A DNA stretch of 64,000 nucleotides, taken from Chlorobiota bacterium. Lineage in GTDB: Bacteria; Bacteroidota; Bacteroidia; Bacteroidales; JAADJA01. The position numbers and the translations under genes are program-made. How positions within the stretch are numbered: the stretch's first letter is position 1; the number at the start of each line of letters is the position of its first letter. Shown here one piece after another: positions 19,046 through 29,400 of the stretch. The DNA is taken from assembly GCA_013151015.1 (NCBI GenBank), contig JAADJA010000044.1:1417-65416 (forward strand). Direction: 5' to 3'. A model generated the notes under the pieces. The model saw nothing but the letters and a program-made list of their open reading frames with translations. It had not been told where the DNA came from and did no database searches.

Positions 19046-19864
19046 TTATTTACCAACACTCCCCGACATTTTATATTTCAAGCCCTCATATCCGGTCAGG
19101 TAAGCTTTTACCGAACCCACGACCACTTTTGCTTCCACCATCAAAGGAATGCGGTTTTTATCATCGATCAACCACACAATCAATTCCTCATCCCCTTTGA
19201 AAATAGTCCCGGCCACCAATTTCACACTTAGCTTTTCGCAGGAATAAACTTTTCCGTTCCTGTTTTTTATCTCCTCCTTTCCCCAATAAATAAGTGACAA
19301 GGTAAAAAGCTCTCCATCGATAATGAAGTTCACGGGAAACCCATCCCCTTCTTTCGCTTCGCCAAAATCGAAATTCCGCACATAATAAATTGCCGAAAGC
19401 ACATCAAAGGTACAGGGTGCGGCTTTTACCGTATCCAACCTTAGCGGTTTGTCCTTATGCAAAACGGAAGAGAATATCCGCCCATCAAGCTGAAACCCAT
19501 AGTTGTTCTTCACCCAATAGCCCCCTTCCGAGGTTTCCCTCTGAAAGGAAATGGGTTGAAAGGTTTTCAGGTCGCACCAACTTTTAAAATGGTCGTCCAC
19601 CTTAAAAAACCAATTGTAAAAACTATAACTGCTCCCTGCACTCTCAAAGTAATAGGTATTGGAACCCCTGAAATCCACCGTATCGACTTTAAAACGAACC
19701 TCACCAGCATCCACCCAAACAATCCCCCAGTTGTAGGCCACTTCGTAAGTAATTGTTTCGCCGGGGGAAAAAGCGGCTTCACCATTAACACATTGCGCAC
19801 CCACAAGTTTCACAAGGGAAACCAACAGGATCAAAAGGATGATATTCAGAGCTGTTTTTAGCAC
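19046..19864 (-). CDS. DUF3108-like exported protein
   Basis: A signal peptide is present and GETITYEVAYNWGIVWVDAGEVRFKV is typical of DUF3108. The family assignment is from memory. Confidence 0.5.
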   Translation of the reverse strand: MLKTALNIILLILLVSLVKLVGAQCVNGEAAFSPGETITYEVAYNWGIVWVDAGEVRFKVDTVDFRGSNTYYFESAGSSYSFYNWFFKVDDHFKSWCDLKTFQPISFQRETSEGGYWVKNNYGFQLDGRIFSSVLHKDKPLRLDTVKAAPCTFDVLSAIYYVRNFDFGEAKEGDGFPVNFIIDGELFTLSLIYWGKEEIKNRNGKVYSCEKLSVKLVAGTIFKGDEELIVWLIDDKNRIPLMVEAKVVVGSVKAYLTGYEGLKYKMSGSVGK

Positions 19865-19909
19865 AACAATTTTTTATGCAAAGTAAAGGAAATATTAAAA
19901 GAAGTTTAT

Positions 19910-19917
19910 TACTTTTG
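19910..19917 (+). promoter_or_regulatory. -7 box TActTTTG for tRNA-Met
   Basis: TACTTTTG lies 17 nt upstream of the first base of the tRNA. Confidence 0.5.
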
Positions 19918-19933
19918 CCGACCTTGAAATTAT

Positions 19934-20010
19934 GGCGAGGTAGCTCAGTTGGTTAGAGCGTCGGATTCATAACCCGGAGGTCTCGAGTTCAATTCTCGAT
20001 CTCGCTACCA
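19934..20010 (+). tRNA. tRNA with CAU anticodon (Met; a lysidine-modified Ile2 cannot be excluded)
   Basis: The cloverleaf reads GGCGAGG-TA-GCTC-AGTTGGTTAG-AGC-G-TCGGA-TTCATAA-CCCGG-AGGTC-TCGAG-TTCAATT-CTCGA-TCTCGCT-A-CCA. CCA is encoded. Confidence 0.9.
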
Positions 20011-20013
20011 AAA

Positions 20014-20035
20014 CCCCGAAGAATCGGGGTTTTTT
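20014..20035 (+). terminator. Rho-independent terminator after tRNA-Met
   Basis: CCCCGA-agaa-TCGGGG is followed by TTTTTT. Confidence 0.8.
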
Positions 20036-20075
20036 GTTTTTAAAAATGGATATTGTATGGCAAGGATGACCGTAG

Positions 20076-20657
20076 CTATATTTGTTCGTTTTCCTCAGGA
20101 AAAGGCTTCACGTGCCCCCAATTCTCACCTCGTTTTATCCTTGTCACTTGCATTTCGCTAATGCGAAACAATTTTGCTATCTTGGATTGAACGACCCCTC
20201 TTTCCAACATTGATTTCAAGAGACTGATGTCCGATTCGTTCAATTTACTGTTCTTTTGTATCCGCTTACGTTTTAAAGCAATGTCCTTTTGCTTTTCAAG
20301 CTCACGGTGTTTTTCCGTTAAGGATTCCCTTGTGTGCCATTCAAGATTGGACACGTGGTTGTTCAACAGTTTCCCGTCCAAATGTGTAACAAAAACATGT
20401 TTGTCGGTTGGTTTTGGGATCCATACCTGCGCCACCAATTTGTGGACATAAGTGCGCAAATGGCCTTTGTTCGTGGTTACCTGAACCATTTTAAAGCCAT
20501 TTATCACTGAACATTTCAGTATTTGGCCATCTTTCTTATTATAGGCAAATGATTTTACCCGTCCGTAATTGCTTACTTGATAACGGCTATTTGTATCAGG
20601 TACAATTTTCCATTCCTCGTCTTCCAATTTTCTCAACTTGCGTGGTACGACAATCAT
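20076..20657 (-). CDS. NUMOD4 + HNH_3 homing-endonuclease-like protein with a C-terminal HTH
   Basis: EEWKIVPDTNSRYQVSNYGRVKS is a NUMOD4 motif. VHKLVAQVWIP...THLDGKLLNNHVSNLEW is an HNH_3 motif. SKIAKLFRISEMQVTRIKRG is an HTH. Confidence 0.8.
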   Translation of the reverse strand: MIVVPRKLRKLEDEEWKIVPDTNSRYQVSNYGRVKSFAYNKKDGQILKCSVINGFKMVQVTTNKGHLRTYVHKLVAQVWIPKPTDKHVFVTHLDGKLLNNHVSNLEWHTRESLTEKHRELEKQKDIALKRKRIQKNSKLNESDISLLKSMLERGVVQSKIAKLFRISEMQVTRIKRGENWGHVKPFPEENEQI

Positions 20658-20724
20658 ATAAACTATTTTTTAATAAAACAAAAGGCACCAATCTTAAATA
20701 TGTTCATTTTGTCATCAAACTATT

Positions 20725-21864
20725 TTAAAGAATTTCCTCAATGCTTTCCTTGTAAACAACTCCCCTCTCCTTTAAACCCTTCAACATAAACGCTACACAT
20801 TCGGGTTGACGGCCAATAAACTCAGGGGCAGAAACCCCTTTTCTTTTATAAAGCCCCTTCATCAGCATCCGCAAGGCCATAGTTGCGGTGTAACCCGTTG
20901 TACGGGCCATGGAATGCACTTTTGTTTTGGGGTCGTAGGAATCCAGGAGGTCGTAAGTATGGCGCAGTCGCTTATTGCCTTTGATGCCTTCCACGATTAT
21001 CTTCATAATGGTGATGTCCTCCTCCCCTTCCTGCAATTTCCATTTGGGGAAAAGTAGTTTTGCCGTAAAATCCAAGGGTTTCACCATTGCGCCGTTCACC
21101 TCAATTTCCTCCCGGTTGAAAAACCCGGTCTCCCTGAAAATCCGCATAATTTCGATATGGCCGGGAAAGCGCAAGGTTTTTTCGATCATATTGGGTGCAT
21201 CTATGGTCGTTGCAAGACTGCGCAATCCGTCGCTGTTAAAAGCCTCTAAAGTACCGACCCCTTCAAAGTCGAGCAACTCGGGTTCCGAAAGCGCGGGCTT
21301 GATGACCTCTTTTCCGTTTTCGATATATCTTGCCGGACGGGTATATTCCTCGATTACGTCCACGGGCGAAAAGACCGCTTTGTACTCATAGGGCCATGTC
21401 CGCACTTTGGGAAGCCCGCCCACATAAATCACGGCTTTTTCGGTTTTGTCGAGAAGATGATCGGCATAACCCACCAGCAAATTGCTCATTCCCGGTGCCA
21501 CACCGATGTCGGAGATCACGCACACATCATTTTCAATTGCCAGCTCGTGCAGTTCAAACATATCCTCCGGAAAAAAGGCAATGTCCACAACGTTCTTTTT
21601 TGCTTCGATCAGAGCCTTCAATGTCTTGAATCCCATAAACCCGGGAACGGCATTTATCACGTAATCGAAACCGGCCACCAATTCGCCCAGCTTTTCCGTT
21701 TCCGATAAATCCGTTTGAATGGTTTGTACCGGAACACGTTTTGAGATTTGCGCCAGGACACCACTGTTGATATCGGCCACGCTTATTTCCAAATTTTTGT
21801 CTTTGGCAAGGTCCATGGCCATCGGGCCGCCCACTAAGCCACATCCAAGAACTATTACTTTCAT
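20725..21864 (-). CDS. Saccharopine dehydrogenase-family NAD(P)-dependent oxidoreductase
   Basis: MKVIVLGCGLVGGPMAMDLA is a Rossmann motif. The length and the C-terminal domain pattern fit the family. Confidence 0.75.
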   Translation of the reverse strand: MKVIVLGCGLVGGPMAMDLAKDKNLEISVADINSGVLAQISKRVPVQTIQTDLSETEKLGELVAGFDYVINAVPGFMGFKTLKALIEAKKNVVDIAFFPEDMFELHELAIENDVCVISDIGVAPGMSNLLVGYADHLLDKTEKAVIYVGGLPKVRTWPYEYKAVFSPVDVIEEYTRPARYIENGKEVIKPALSEPELLDFEGVGTLEAFNSDGLRSLATTIDAPNMIEKTLRFPGHIEIMRIFRETGFFNREEIEVNGAMVKPLDFTAKLLFPKWKLQEGEEDITIMKIIVEGIKGNKRLRHTYDLLDSYDPKTKVHSMARTTGYTATMALRMLMKGLYKRKGVSAPEFIGRQPECVAFMLKGLKERGVVYKESIEEIL

Positions 21865-22751
21865 ATCAATTGTTTTGATTTAATCTGTGACAAATATAAA
21901 CCAAAAACAATCAGCAAAATCCCAAAGATTTTATGAAGGCTGAAAAATTCGGACAGGATCAGGAAGGAAAAGATAGCGGTAAAAACAGGGATCAGGTTTG
22001 AAAAGACATTGGTGCGGCCAATGCCAATTTCGCGTGTGGAGATGGTGAAAAACACAAAGGCCAGCGAGGAACAAAAAATGGCCAGCGACAAAAGGGAAAC
22101 CACAAGCGTAAAGTCGGGCTTAACGGTGATGAATTCCTGGAAATCAAAAATCAGGAAGAAAGGGAGAAAATAAAGTGCGCCCAGCAAATTCTGGAAAGCG
22201 ATAATAAAATAGGCCGAATAGCGATGGCTCAACTTTTTCAGGAATATCATATAAACAATGGCCGAGACCACCGCAAAAAACAAAAACAAAATCCCGGTCG
22301 GCGAAGCACTGAACGAAAGGTCTTTGTTCAATATCATGACCATCACCCCAAAAAATGAAATAAACAGGCCCAGGATATTCGTCCGGCTCATTTTCTCACC
22401 CAATACCAGAAAGGCTGCGAGAGGCGTAAACAAAGGGATGGTAGCGATAATAGCAGAAGTTATTGAGGAAGAAGTGAGTTTCAGGCCGTAACTTTCACCG
22501 ATGAAATAAAAAAAAGGGTTGAACAGGGCCGACAAAAGGAACAACTTCAAGTCGCCCTTTTTGATTTTCTCCATTTTTCCCAAAAACCAAATCCATGCGA
22601 AAAGCAATATGGCCGAAATCAGTAAACGCAGGAAAACAGTGGTTACAGGTGAATAATACCGGAATACGATGGAAGTAAGGATAAATGAAGAACCCCAAAA
22701 GAGCATCGCCAGAACAGCAATGATGTATATGTATAATCTTTTTGATTTCAA
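21861..22751 (-). CDS. DMT-superfamily (EamA-like) transporter
   Basis: Ten predicted TM helices form two EamA-like halves. A 4-bp overlap links it to the downstream gene. Confidence 0.8.
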   Translation of the reverse strand: MKSKRLYIYIIAVLAMLFWGSSFILTSIVFRYYSPVTTVFLRLLISAILLFAWIWFLGKMEKIKKGDLKLFLLSALFNPFFYFIGESYGLKLTSSSITSAIIATIPLFTPLAAFLVLGEKMSRTNILGLFISFFGVMVMILNKDLSFSASPTGILFLFFAVVSAIVYMIFLKKLSHRYSAYFIIAFQNLLGALYFLPFFLIFDFQEFITVKPDFTLVVSLLSLAIFCSSLAFVFFTISTREIGIGRTNVFSNLIPVFTAIFSFLILSEFFSLHKIFGILLIVFGLYLSQIKSKQLI

Positions 22752-22780
22752 CAGATGATTGCATTCGGAATGAACACTAC

Positions 22781-23524
22781 CTACGACCTTCCCTCCTCGT
22801 TCAACAATTTCGTGCTGTGCTTCAAAGTGCGCAGGACAAGGGTAATCACAATGGCCCCAAGCAAGACATAGGAAGATTTCCTGTATATGTCGAATTCGCC
22901 TGTGGTAAAGTAATAGCGCAAATGGTCAACAAAGGCAAAGCTCAAAACGGTGGCCAGAAATCCCGAATACTCGCGCCGCAAAACCGAAACCATGGAAAAT
23001 GGCACCACGTTCTTTTTGTAAGCCTTAAAACAGGGGATAAAAGCCGGAACGCCCTCTGACCATTTCATATACACATCCCCAAACTTCCTTTCGAGGTAAC
23101 GCTCCTCGGCAAACATGATCCTTTCGTAATACAGCCAAAACGCAAGTGAAACAATGATGACGAAATATATGTTGAAGGTGAAAACCACGATCCCGATCCA
23201 CATCAGGAAATTCCCTAGGTAAAGTGGATGGCGTACCGTGGAATAAATCCCGGTGGAGTTCAGCGATTCGGCAACCTGCTCCTTTGTGTTCCTTCCCGAA
23301 GTCCCTTTGGGAGTTGTCCCAATGGAGATGGCCCTTACGATAAAACCCAAGACGCTCAGGAATATGGCAAAACCCGTAAGCACCTGATATGGCAGTTCGG
23401 CCAAAACCGGGTAAGGCGTAAAATAAATAACGGGGACCACAATCAAATAAAGGATCACGGGGATATGTCCACGATTCCTGAACAGGTAATTCCCGCTTTT
23501 TTCAAATGAGTTTACTAATGCCAT
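22781..23524 (-). CDS. Isoprenylcysteine carboxyl methyltransferase (ICMT)/PEMT-family membrane methyltransferase
   Basis: GIYSTVRHPLYLGNFLMWIG is present. I chose the start at 23524 (MALVNSF...) because a TAATTTTG -7 box at 23554-23561 (minus) lies downstream of the longer ORF's ATG. Confidence 0.75.
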   Translation of the reverse strand: MALVNSFEKSGNYLFRNRGHIPVILYLIVVPVIYFTPYPVLAELPYQVLTGFAIFLSVLGFIVRAISIGTTPKGTSGRNTKEQVAESLNSTGIYSTVRHPLYLGNFLMWIGIVVFTFNIYFVIIVSLAFWLYYERIMFAEERYLERKFGDVYMKWSEGVPAFIPCFKAYKKNVVPFSMVSVLRREYSGFLATVLSFAFVDHLRYYFTTGEFDIYRKSSYVLLGAIVITLVLRTLKHSTKLLNEEGRS

Positions 23525-23553
23525 AACTGGAAAATATTTATAGAAATTTGAAA

Positions 23554-23561
23554 CAAAATTA
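23554..23561 (-). promoter_or_regulatory. -7 box TAatTTTG for the ICMT-family gene
   Basis: The plus strand reads CAAAATTA. The box is 29 nt upstream of the ATG at 23524. Confidence 0.45.
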
Positions 23562-23903
23562 GATATTAAATATAAAAGGGAGTACAACTAAATTAAGGGA
23601 GCATAAAAAAAACAAGATGAAAACCAATTGGAAAATGCTTGAATGCTTCAATACGGGAACGCAAGAATGAATATTTTTAAACCACAAATAGCATACTATC
23701 AAATATTTACGCATCTTTTACTGTTCAAAAAACCCTGGATTAAACAAATGATTCAACACTCATGATTTCGCATAAATAACCAAAAATTATTTTCACCAAT
23801 AAAAAAAGCGTTAAACATAAAATAACGAAAAAAGATTTCAGGGATGCCCATTTTTTCCCTTCTTTTGTAAAAACAGAATAAACGAATAACGACTAAATAT
23901 CCC

Positions 23904-24656
23904 ATGAAGAACAGGATCCCGATTTTAAATGTAGAGGTTGACAATATATGCAAGCAGGATTTTTTGGCCGAATTCAAAGAGGGTGTCCTCATTACGCCCA
24001 ATGTGGACCACCTGATGAAACTGCAGAAGGACAAGGAATTCTATGATATCTATAAAAAGGCCGATTATGTTACCGTTGACAGCAAAATCGTTTTCCTTGC
24101 GCTTAAATTCCTCGGAACACCGGTAAAGGAAGTAATCACCGGTTCCGATTTCTTCCCCTCTTTCTACAATTACCACAAAGACAATAAAGATATAAAGATT
24201 TTCCTTTTGGGGGCGATGGAAGGTGTGGCCGACAAAGCCATGGCCTACATCAATAAAAAAATTGGGAGGGGAATAGTAGTTGGCGCACATTCGCCCAGCT
24301 TCGGTTTTGAGAAAAACGAAGAGGAGTGCAAAAAAATACTCGACATCATCAATGCCACCGATGCCAATGTGCTGGTGGTGGGTGTGGGTGCCCCTAAACA
24401 GGAAAAATGGATTTACAAATACAAGGACCGACTCCACCATATCAAAATACACCTTGCCATCGGGGCCACCATCGACTTTGAAGCGGGCAATATCCGCCGC
24501 GCCCCGAAAGTGCTTCAGATGGTTGCCATGGAATGGCTCTACCGCCTCTGGAAAGAACCCAAACGGATGTGGCGAAGGTACATCATCGAAGATATGCCTT
24601 TCTTTAACCTTATCTTTAAACAAAAAAGGGGAAAGTACAGGAATCCTTTTGGGTAA
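23904..24656 (+). CDS. WecB/TagA/CpsF-family glycosyltransferase
   Basis: IFLLGAMEGVADKA, VGVGAPKQEKWI, GATIDFEAGNIRRAP and EWLYRLWKEPKRMWRRY are present. Confidence 0.85.
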   Translation: MKNRIPILNVEVDNICKQDFLAEFKEGVLITPNVDHLMKLQKDKEFYDIYKKADYVTVDSKIVFLALKFLGTPVKEVITGSDFFPSFYNYHKDNKDIKIFLLGAMEGVADKAMAYINKKIGRGIVVGAHSPSFGFEKNEEECKKILDIINATDANVLVVGVGAPKQEKWIYKYKDRLHHIKIHLAIGATIDFEAGNIRRAPKVLQMVAMEWLYRLWKEPKRMWRRYIIEDMPFFNLIFKQKRGKYRNPFG

Positions 24657-24831
24657 TTACACTGAAGGAAATCAGGTTTGCCAGCCTTTATCGGCAGACA
24701 GGTAAATTTTCAAGGGTCGGTTTCGTCCATATAAAAACAAACATTTCCGTATATTGCCCATAAACACAAGCTGGGAGATGAACCCATTTATTTTATTTTT
24801 TCAGGTTAAATTAACACAATAGAATCTTTCC

Positions 24832-24839
24832 TATTTTTG
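24832..24839 (+). promoter_or_regulatory. -7 box TAttTTTG
   Basis: TATTTTTG lies 19 nt upstream of the ATG at 24858. It overlaps the ORF-track start at 24837, which argues against that start. Confidence 0.5.
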
Positions 24840-24857
24840 CAAAATATTTTAGGTTAT

Positions 24858-26309
24858 ATGGTTTTCACAATAAAATTCAGCAGGAATATTTTTAGGGCAA
24901 GGGACATCCTTCTGCTTTTCCTGGTTTTCGGCATGTCGTCCGGTTTGTTCGCCCAGGAACGATCCAAAATAAAAATCAGGATAAAGGGGGCACAGGACAG
25001 CGTTCTTTACCTGGCCCATTATTATGGCGACAAGACCTATCTTGACGATACGGCATACATTTCAAAAAAAGGGGATTTCATTTTTGAAAACGATTCCCTT
25101 TTGCCCGAAGGGATGTACATCGTGGCCGGACAGGAGAACAATAGGTATTTTGAATTCATCATGGACAAAGCCCAAAACTTTTCCATTGAAACCAATAAAA
25201 AGGATATTCCCGAAGGACTAAAATTCAAAGGTTCTGAAATCAACAATCTCTTTTACGATTACGTTCGGATCAACGCAAAAAACCATAGGGAGATGAAACG
25301 ATTGTCCGACAGGAAAAAGGGCCTTGGTGATGGAAACGATTCCATCCAAATCCTGAATGAAAAGATCACCGGACTAAATACCGAATTGGAAAACTACAAA
25401 CAGGGTTTTATCGAGACCCATCCCGAAAGTTTTATTTCAGCAATGTTCAAAGCAATGTTGGAACCGGGTGTTGACAGTATTCCCATTCTGGAAAATGGCC
25501 GTGAAGATTCCATTTATGCCTATAACTATTACAAACAACATTATTGGGACAATTTTGATGTTTCGGACGACCGACTGCTCCGCACCCCATTGTTCCACAA
25601 CAAGCTGGAAAAATATTTCACGAAAGTCTTGTACCAAACACCTGACACCATTATTAAGGAAGCCGATATCTTCATCAACAAAACCCGGCCAAACAAAGAG
25701 ACCTTTAAATACACGGTGTGGTATCTCACTTTTAAGTTCGAGACTTCAAACATAATGGGCTTTGATGAAATTTTTGTCCATATGACCGATAATTATTATG
25801 CCACGGGCGAGGCTTTCTGGGCAGATTCATCGGTGGTGAAAAGCATTGTAAAACATGCCGATGCGCTCCGTCCCGTCCTTATCGGGAACAAGGCGCCCAA
25901 CCTGATCTTGCTGGACACCAACAGTTCCTTTACATCTTTGTACGGCATTGATGCCGATTACACCATTGTCTTTTTTTATGAATATGGTTGCGGGCATTGC
26001 AAAAAAGAAATCACGGCAATGAAAACATGGGAACAAAAAACCGATCTGGATTTCAAAATATTTGCTGTTTGTACCGACACAAACCTTGTTGCCTGGAAAA
26101 AATTCATCCGTGAAAAGGGGATGAACTGGGTAAACGTGAACGGGACCCGAAGCGTGACACAGGACTACCATGACCTTTACAATATCCAGATGACCCCTTC
26201 CCTATTCCTTTTGGACAGAAAGAAAAAAATCATTGCCAAACGATTGAAGACGGAACAACTTGAACCTTTCCTCCAGAATTATGAAAAGAGAAGGCAACTA
26301 AAAGAGTAA
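24858..26309 (+). CDS. Thioredoxin-fold (TlpA/redoxin-like) exported protein with an N-terminal domain of unknown function
   Basis: A signal-like N-terminus is present. FFYEYGCGHCKKE is the CxxC motif in the C-terminal roughly 150 aa. Confidence 0.7.
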   Translation: MVFTIKFSRNIFRARDILLLFLVFGMSSGLFAQERSKIKIRIKGAQDSVLYLAHYYGDKTYLDDTAYISKKGDFIFENDSLLPEGMYIVAGQENNRYFEFIMDKAQNFSIETNKKDIPEGLKFKGSEINNLFYDYVRINAKNHREMKRLSDRKKGLGDGNDSIQILNEKITGLNTELENYKQGFIETHPESFISAMFKAMLEPGVDSIPILENGREDSIYAYNYYKQHYWDNFDVSDDRLLRTPLFHNKLEKYFTKVLYQTPDTIIKEADIFINKTRPNKETFKYTVWYLTFKFETSNIMGFDEIFVHMTDNYYATGEAFWADSSVVKSIVKHADALRPVLIGNKAPNLILLDTNSSFTSLYGIDADYTIVFFYEYGCGHCKKEITAMKTWEQKTDLDFKIFAVCTDTNLVAWKKFIREKGMNWVNVNGTRSVTQDYHDLYNIQMTPSLFLLDRKKKIIAKRLKTEQLEPFLQNYEKRRQLKE

Positions 26310-26401
26310 TCCAACCGTCTGGATTATCGGAGATTTCCCATAACAATTTTTGTTTTTTGACGTATATAGTCGAAACATTGGAATTAGATAGAGAATTAGC
26401 G

Positions 26402-29400
26402 ATGAGCAAATATTTGAAAAACACTATAAAAAACCCTGTTCTGTTTATAATTGCCCTGGCCGTTTCCATGATCTGGGGACAAGCTGCCAATGCACAGGTA
26501 ACAGCGGATTTCACCTATGACCAATCCTGTCTTGACTTTCAGTTCACGGATGCTTCCACGGCAACCATAGGCACGATCAACGACTGGAGCTGGGATTTTG
26601 GGGACGGCAATAGTTCCACCTTGCAAAGCCCTATGCACACCTATGCGGGAGACGGTACTTATCCGGTTACGCTCACGGTGACCACCGATAATTTTGATTC
26701 CGATACCTATACGCAAGATGTCTATATCACGACACCCGTGGCCGTTTTCACCTACAGTCAATTTTGCGATTCACTTGAATTTATTGATGCTTCCACACCC
26801 ATTGGTGAAATAACAGCCTGGAGTTGGGATTTCGGGGATGGGGCTTCTTCCACAATTCAAAATGCAACCCACACCTATTCGGCGCCCGGAGACTATTTAG
26901 TTTCCCTTACCGTTACCCATAATACCGGTTGTATAAGTATTGCCGAAACACAAACCATCAGTATTGCCCCGACAGCAATGTTCAGCTTTAATCAAAACTG
27001 TGACTTTTTCACCTTTAATGATGAATCAACGCCTTTGGGCGATATAACGGACTGGAGTTGGGATTTTGGCGATGGTGGTTCTTCCATCGATCAAAACCCG
27101 ACTTATACCTATTTGATACCCGGAGAATATACTGTTTCGCTCGTTGTCACCAATAGTTCAGGCTGTACCGATTCCACCGCTCAACAAGTTAGTATTGTCC
27201 CGACAGCGGCATTTAGCTATGCACAGGTTTGCAATGTTTTCAACTTCACCGATGAGTCAACGCCATCCGGTGAAATAACAGTTTATGATTGGGACTTTGG
27301 TGATGGTATTGGATTTTCAAATCTTCAAAACCCAACTTATGATTATCCAAATACAGGGGTTTATACCGTTACCCTTACGGTTACACATACTTCGGGATGT
27401 TTGGATAGCACGTCCCAGGATGTTTTGATTTCGAAACCGGATGCTGATTTTACCTTCGTACAGTTTTGTGATTCATTGGAATTTACCGATGCTTCATCAT
27501 CTTCGGCAGGAATAGAATTCTGGAATTGGGAATTTGGTGATGGAAATACTTCCACAGACCAAAACCCAACCCATACCTATACAGTGCCAGGGGATTATAC
27601 AATTTCACTTTCGATTACCGATTCGTTGGGTTGCAGTCACAGTAAACAGGAATTCATCAATACCTATCCAACGGAAGTTGGTTTTGAATACGATTTGGGA
27701 TGTTTAAACCGGGTTTCAACGTTTATTGACACTTCAACTACAAATATCATATCCGGGTCATGGAACATCGATGGTATCACATTTCCTTATCAACCTTCAA
27801 TCCAATATACATTTACCACATCGGGTATACATACGGTAATCCTCAGTGTAACAAACGATATTAATTGTTCGGACACCCATCAGGAGGACATTGAAATTTT
27901 TGTCCCTCCCATTGCTGCCTTCAGCGTACAATTGTTTTGTGCATCGGATACAACGGTTTTCCTGAACGAAACAGATACACAAAATGTGGAGGTACAATCC
28001 TGGCTCTGGGACTTTAACGACCCGAGCAGCCCAGACCCGACTTCTGGTTTGTATGAGCCCAATCACTCATTTACGAATCCCGGGCCCTATGACGTAAAAC
28101 TTATTGTTGAAAATATTTATGGATGTGTCGATTCGATAATCCAAACCATTTTCATCGATTCCCTGCCCGAACCCGCATATACTTATGTGGAATACGCTTC
28201 CGAAGGGCAGTTGGCCACCTTTATTGATGAATCCCAGGCACACGGCTCCTTTATAATCAACAAGTATTGGGATTGGGGGGATGGCTCAGCGCCCGGCATC
28301 AATGTGAACCCCGTTACACACATTTACGATCCGGGCGGGGCATATCAACTTTGCCTTGGGGTTACGGATTTAAATGGCTGTACGGATACAATTTGTCAAG
28401 AAATCGTAATAGCAAAAAAACCACTTGCGGATTTCACCTATACAGCAGGTGGCATAACGGCCTATTTTGTAGATGCAACCACAATCGACACATTGACCGG
28501 GGCCAAAGAATGGTTATGGACATTTGGGGACGACCTTGGGACATCCATTGTAGCCAACCCATCATTTATTTTCCCGGCTCAAGGGTTTTACGATGTCAAT
28601 ATTATGGTCACCGACTCCCTCGATGCCGTACACGACACGACAAAGAACATTTATGTCGGAAACGCCCTGATTGCCGATTATATTACCGATGAAGATATTT
28701 GTTACGGCGATACCAGTGTGATCTTCGACAATTCATACAGCCCTGTTGGAGACACTATCCTAAGCTGGCATTGGAATTTTGGAGATGGGCACGACACCAC
28801 CTATTATGAAAAAGCAAGCGTCCTGAAACACTTTTATGAAATTGGTGAATATCCGCTTCAACTAATCATCACGGCAATTCACAATGGATCGGATGCAATT
28901 GATTCGATTAACCGGAATATTTTTGTCCACCCCAATCCCATTGCTTTTTTTGATAGTGTTGGGGTTTGCAAAGGGGACATAGCTTACTTTTATGACCTGT
29001 CCGACAGTTTTGGGGATACCCTATCGAGTTGGCTATGGGACTTGGGCGACGGCACAATAAAAACAGAACAAAACCCCGTCCACAATTATCAAAAAGACAG
29101 TACATACAGGGTAAGCTTGGTAGTAACCACTGAATATGGATGTACCGATACAATGTACCAGAATGCACACGTTACCTATGCACCGGAGGTTACCTTTACC
29201 GTTGAGAATGCCTGTATTGATTCACCGGCCAAATTTGTACCTTTATATAGTTCGGGGACTTATGTTACCGAATGGCTTTGGGATTTTGGCGACCCAAACA
29301 ACGACACCACTTCAACGGAAGAATCGCCCACACATGTTTATACTTATTTTACGCTCTATGACGTATCGGTTACCGCCTCCTCCTTTGGTTGCCCAAAAAC

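Noticed and set aside
23925-24623. 232-aa minus-strand ORF
   Set aside because: It is antisense to the TagA/WecG-family gene, which has clear family motifs. It has no signal or motif of its own. The same reasoning applies to 16872..17603 (antisense to pgpH), 7015..7587 and 6401..6909 (antisense to the GT2 genes), 8133..8895 (antisense to the MORN gene) and 53296..53808.
24837-24857. N-terminal extensions proposed by the ORF track for several genes (24837, 26357, 31141, 2033, 34741, 48631, 37943, 11166, 8261, 23587)
   Set aside because: In each case a downstream ATG gives a canonical signal peptide, lipobox or family N-terminus. Alternatively, the extension overlaps a -7 promoter box or the neighbouring gene. 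I used the shorter models.
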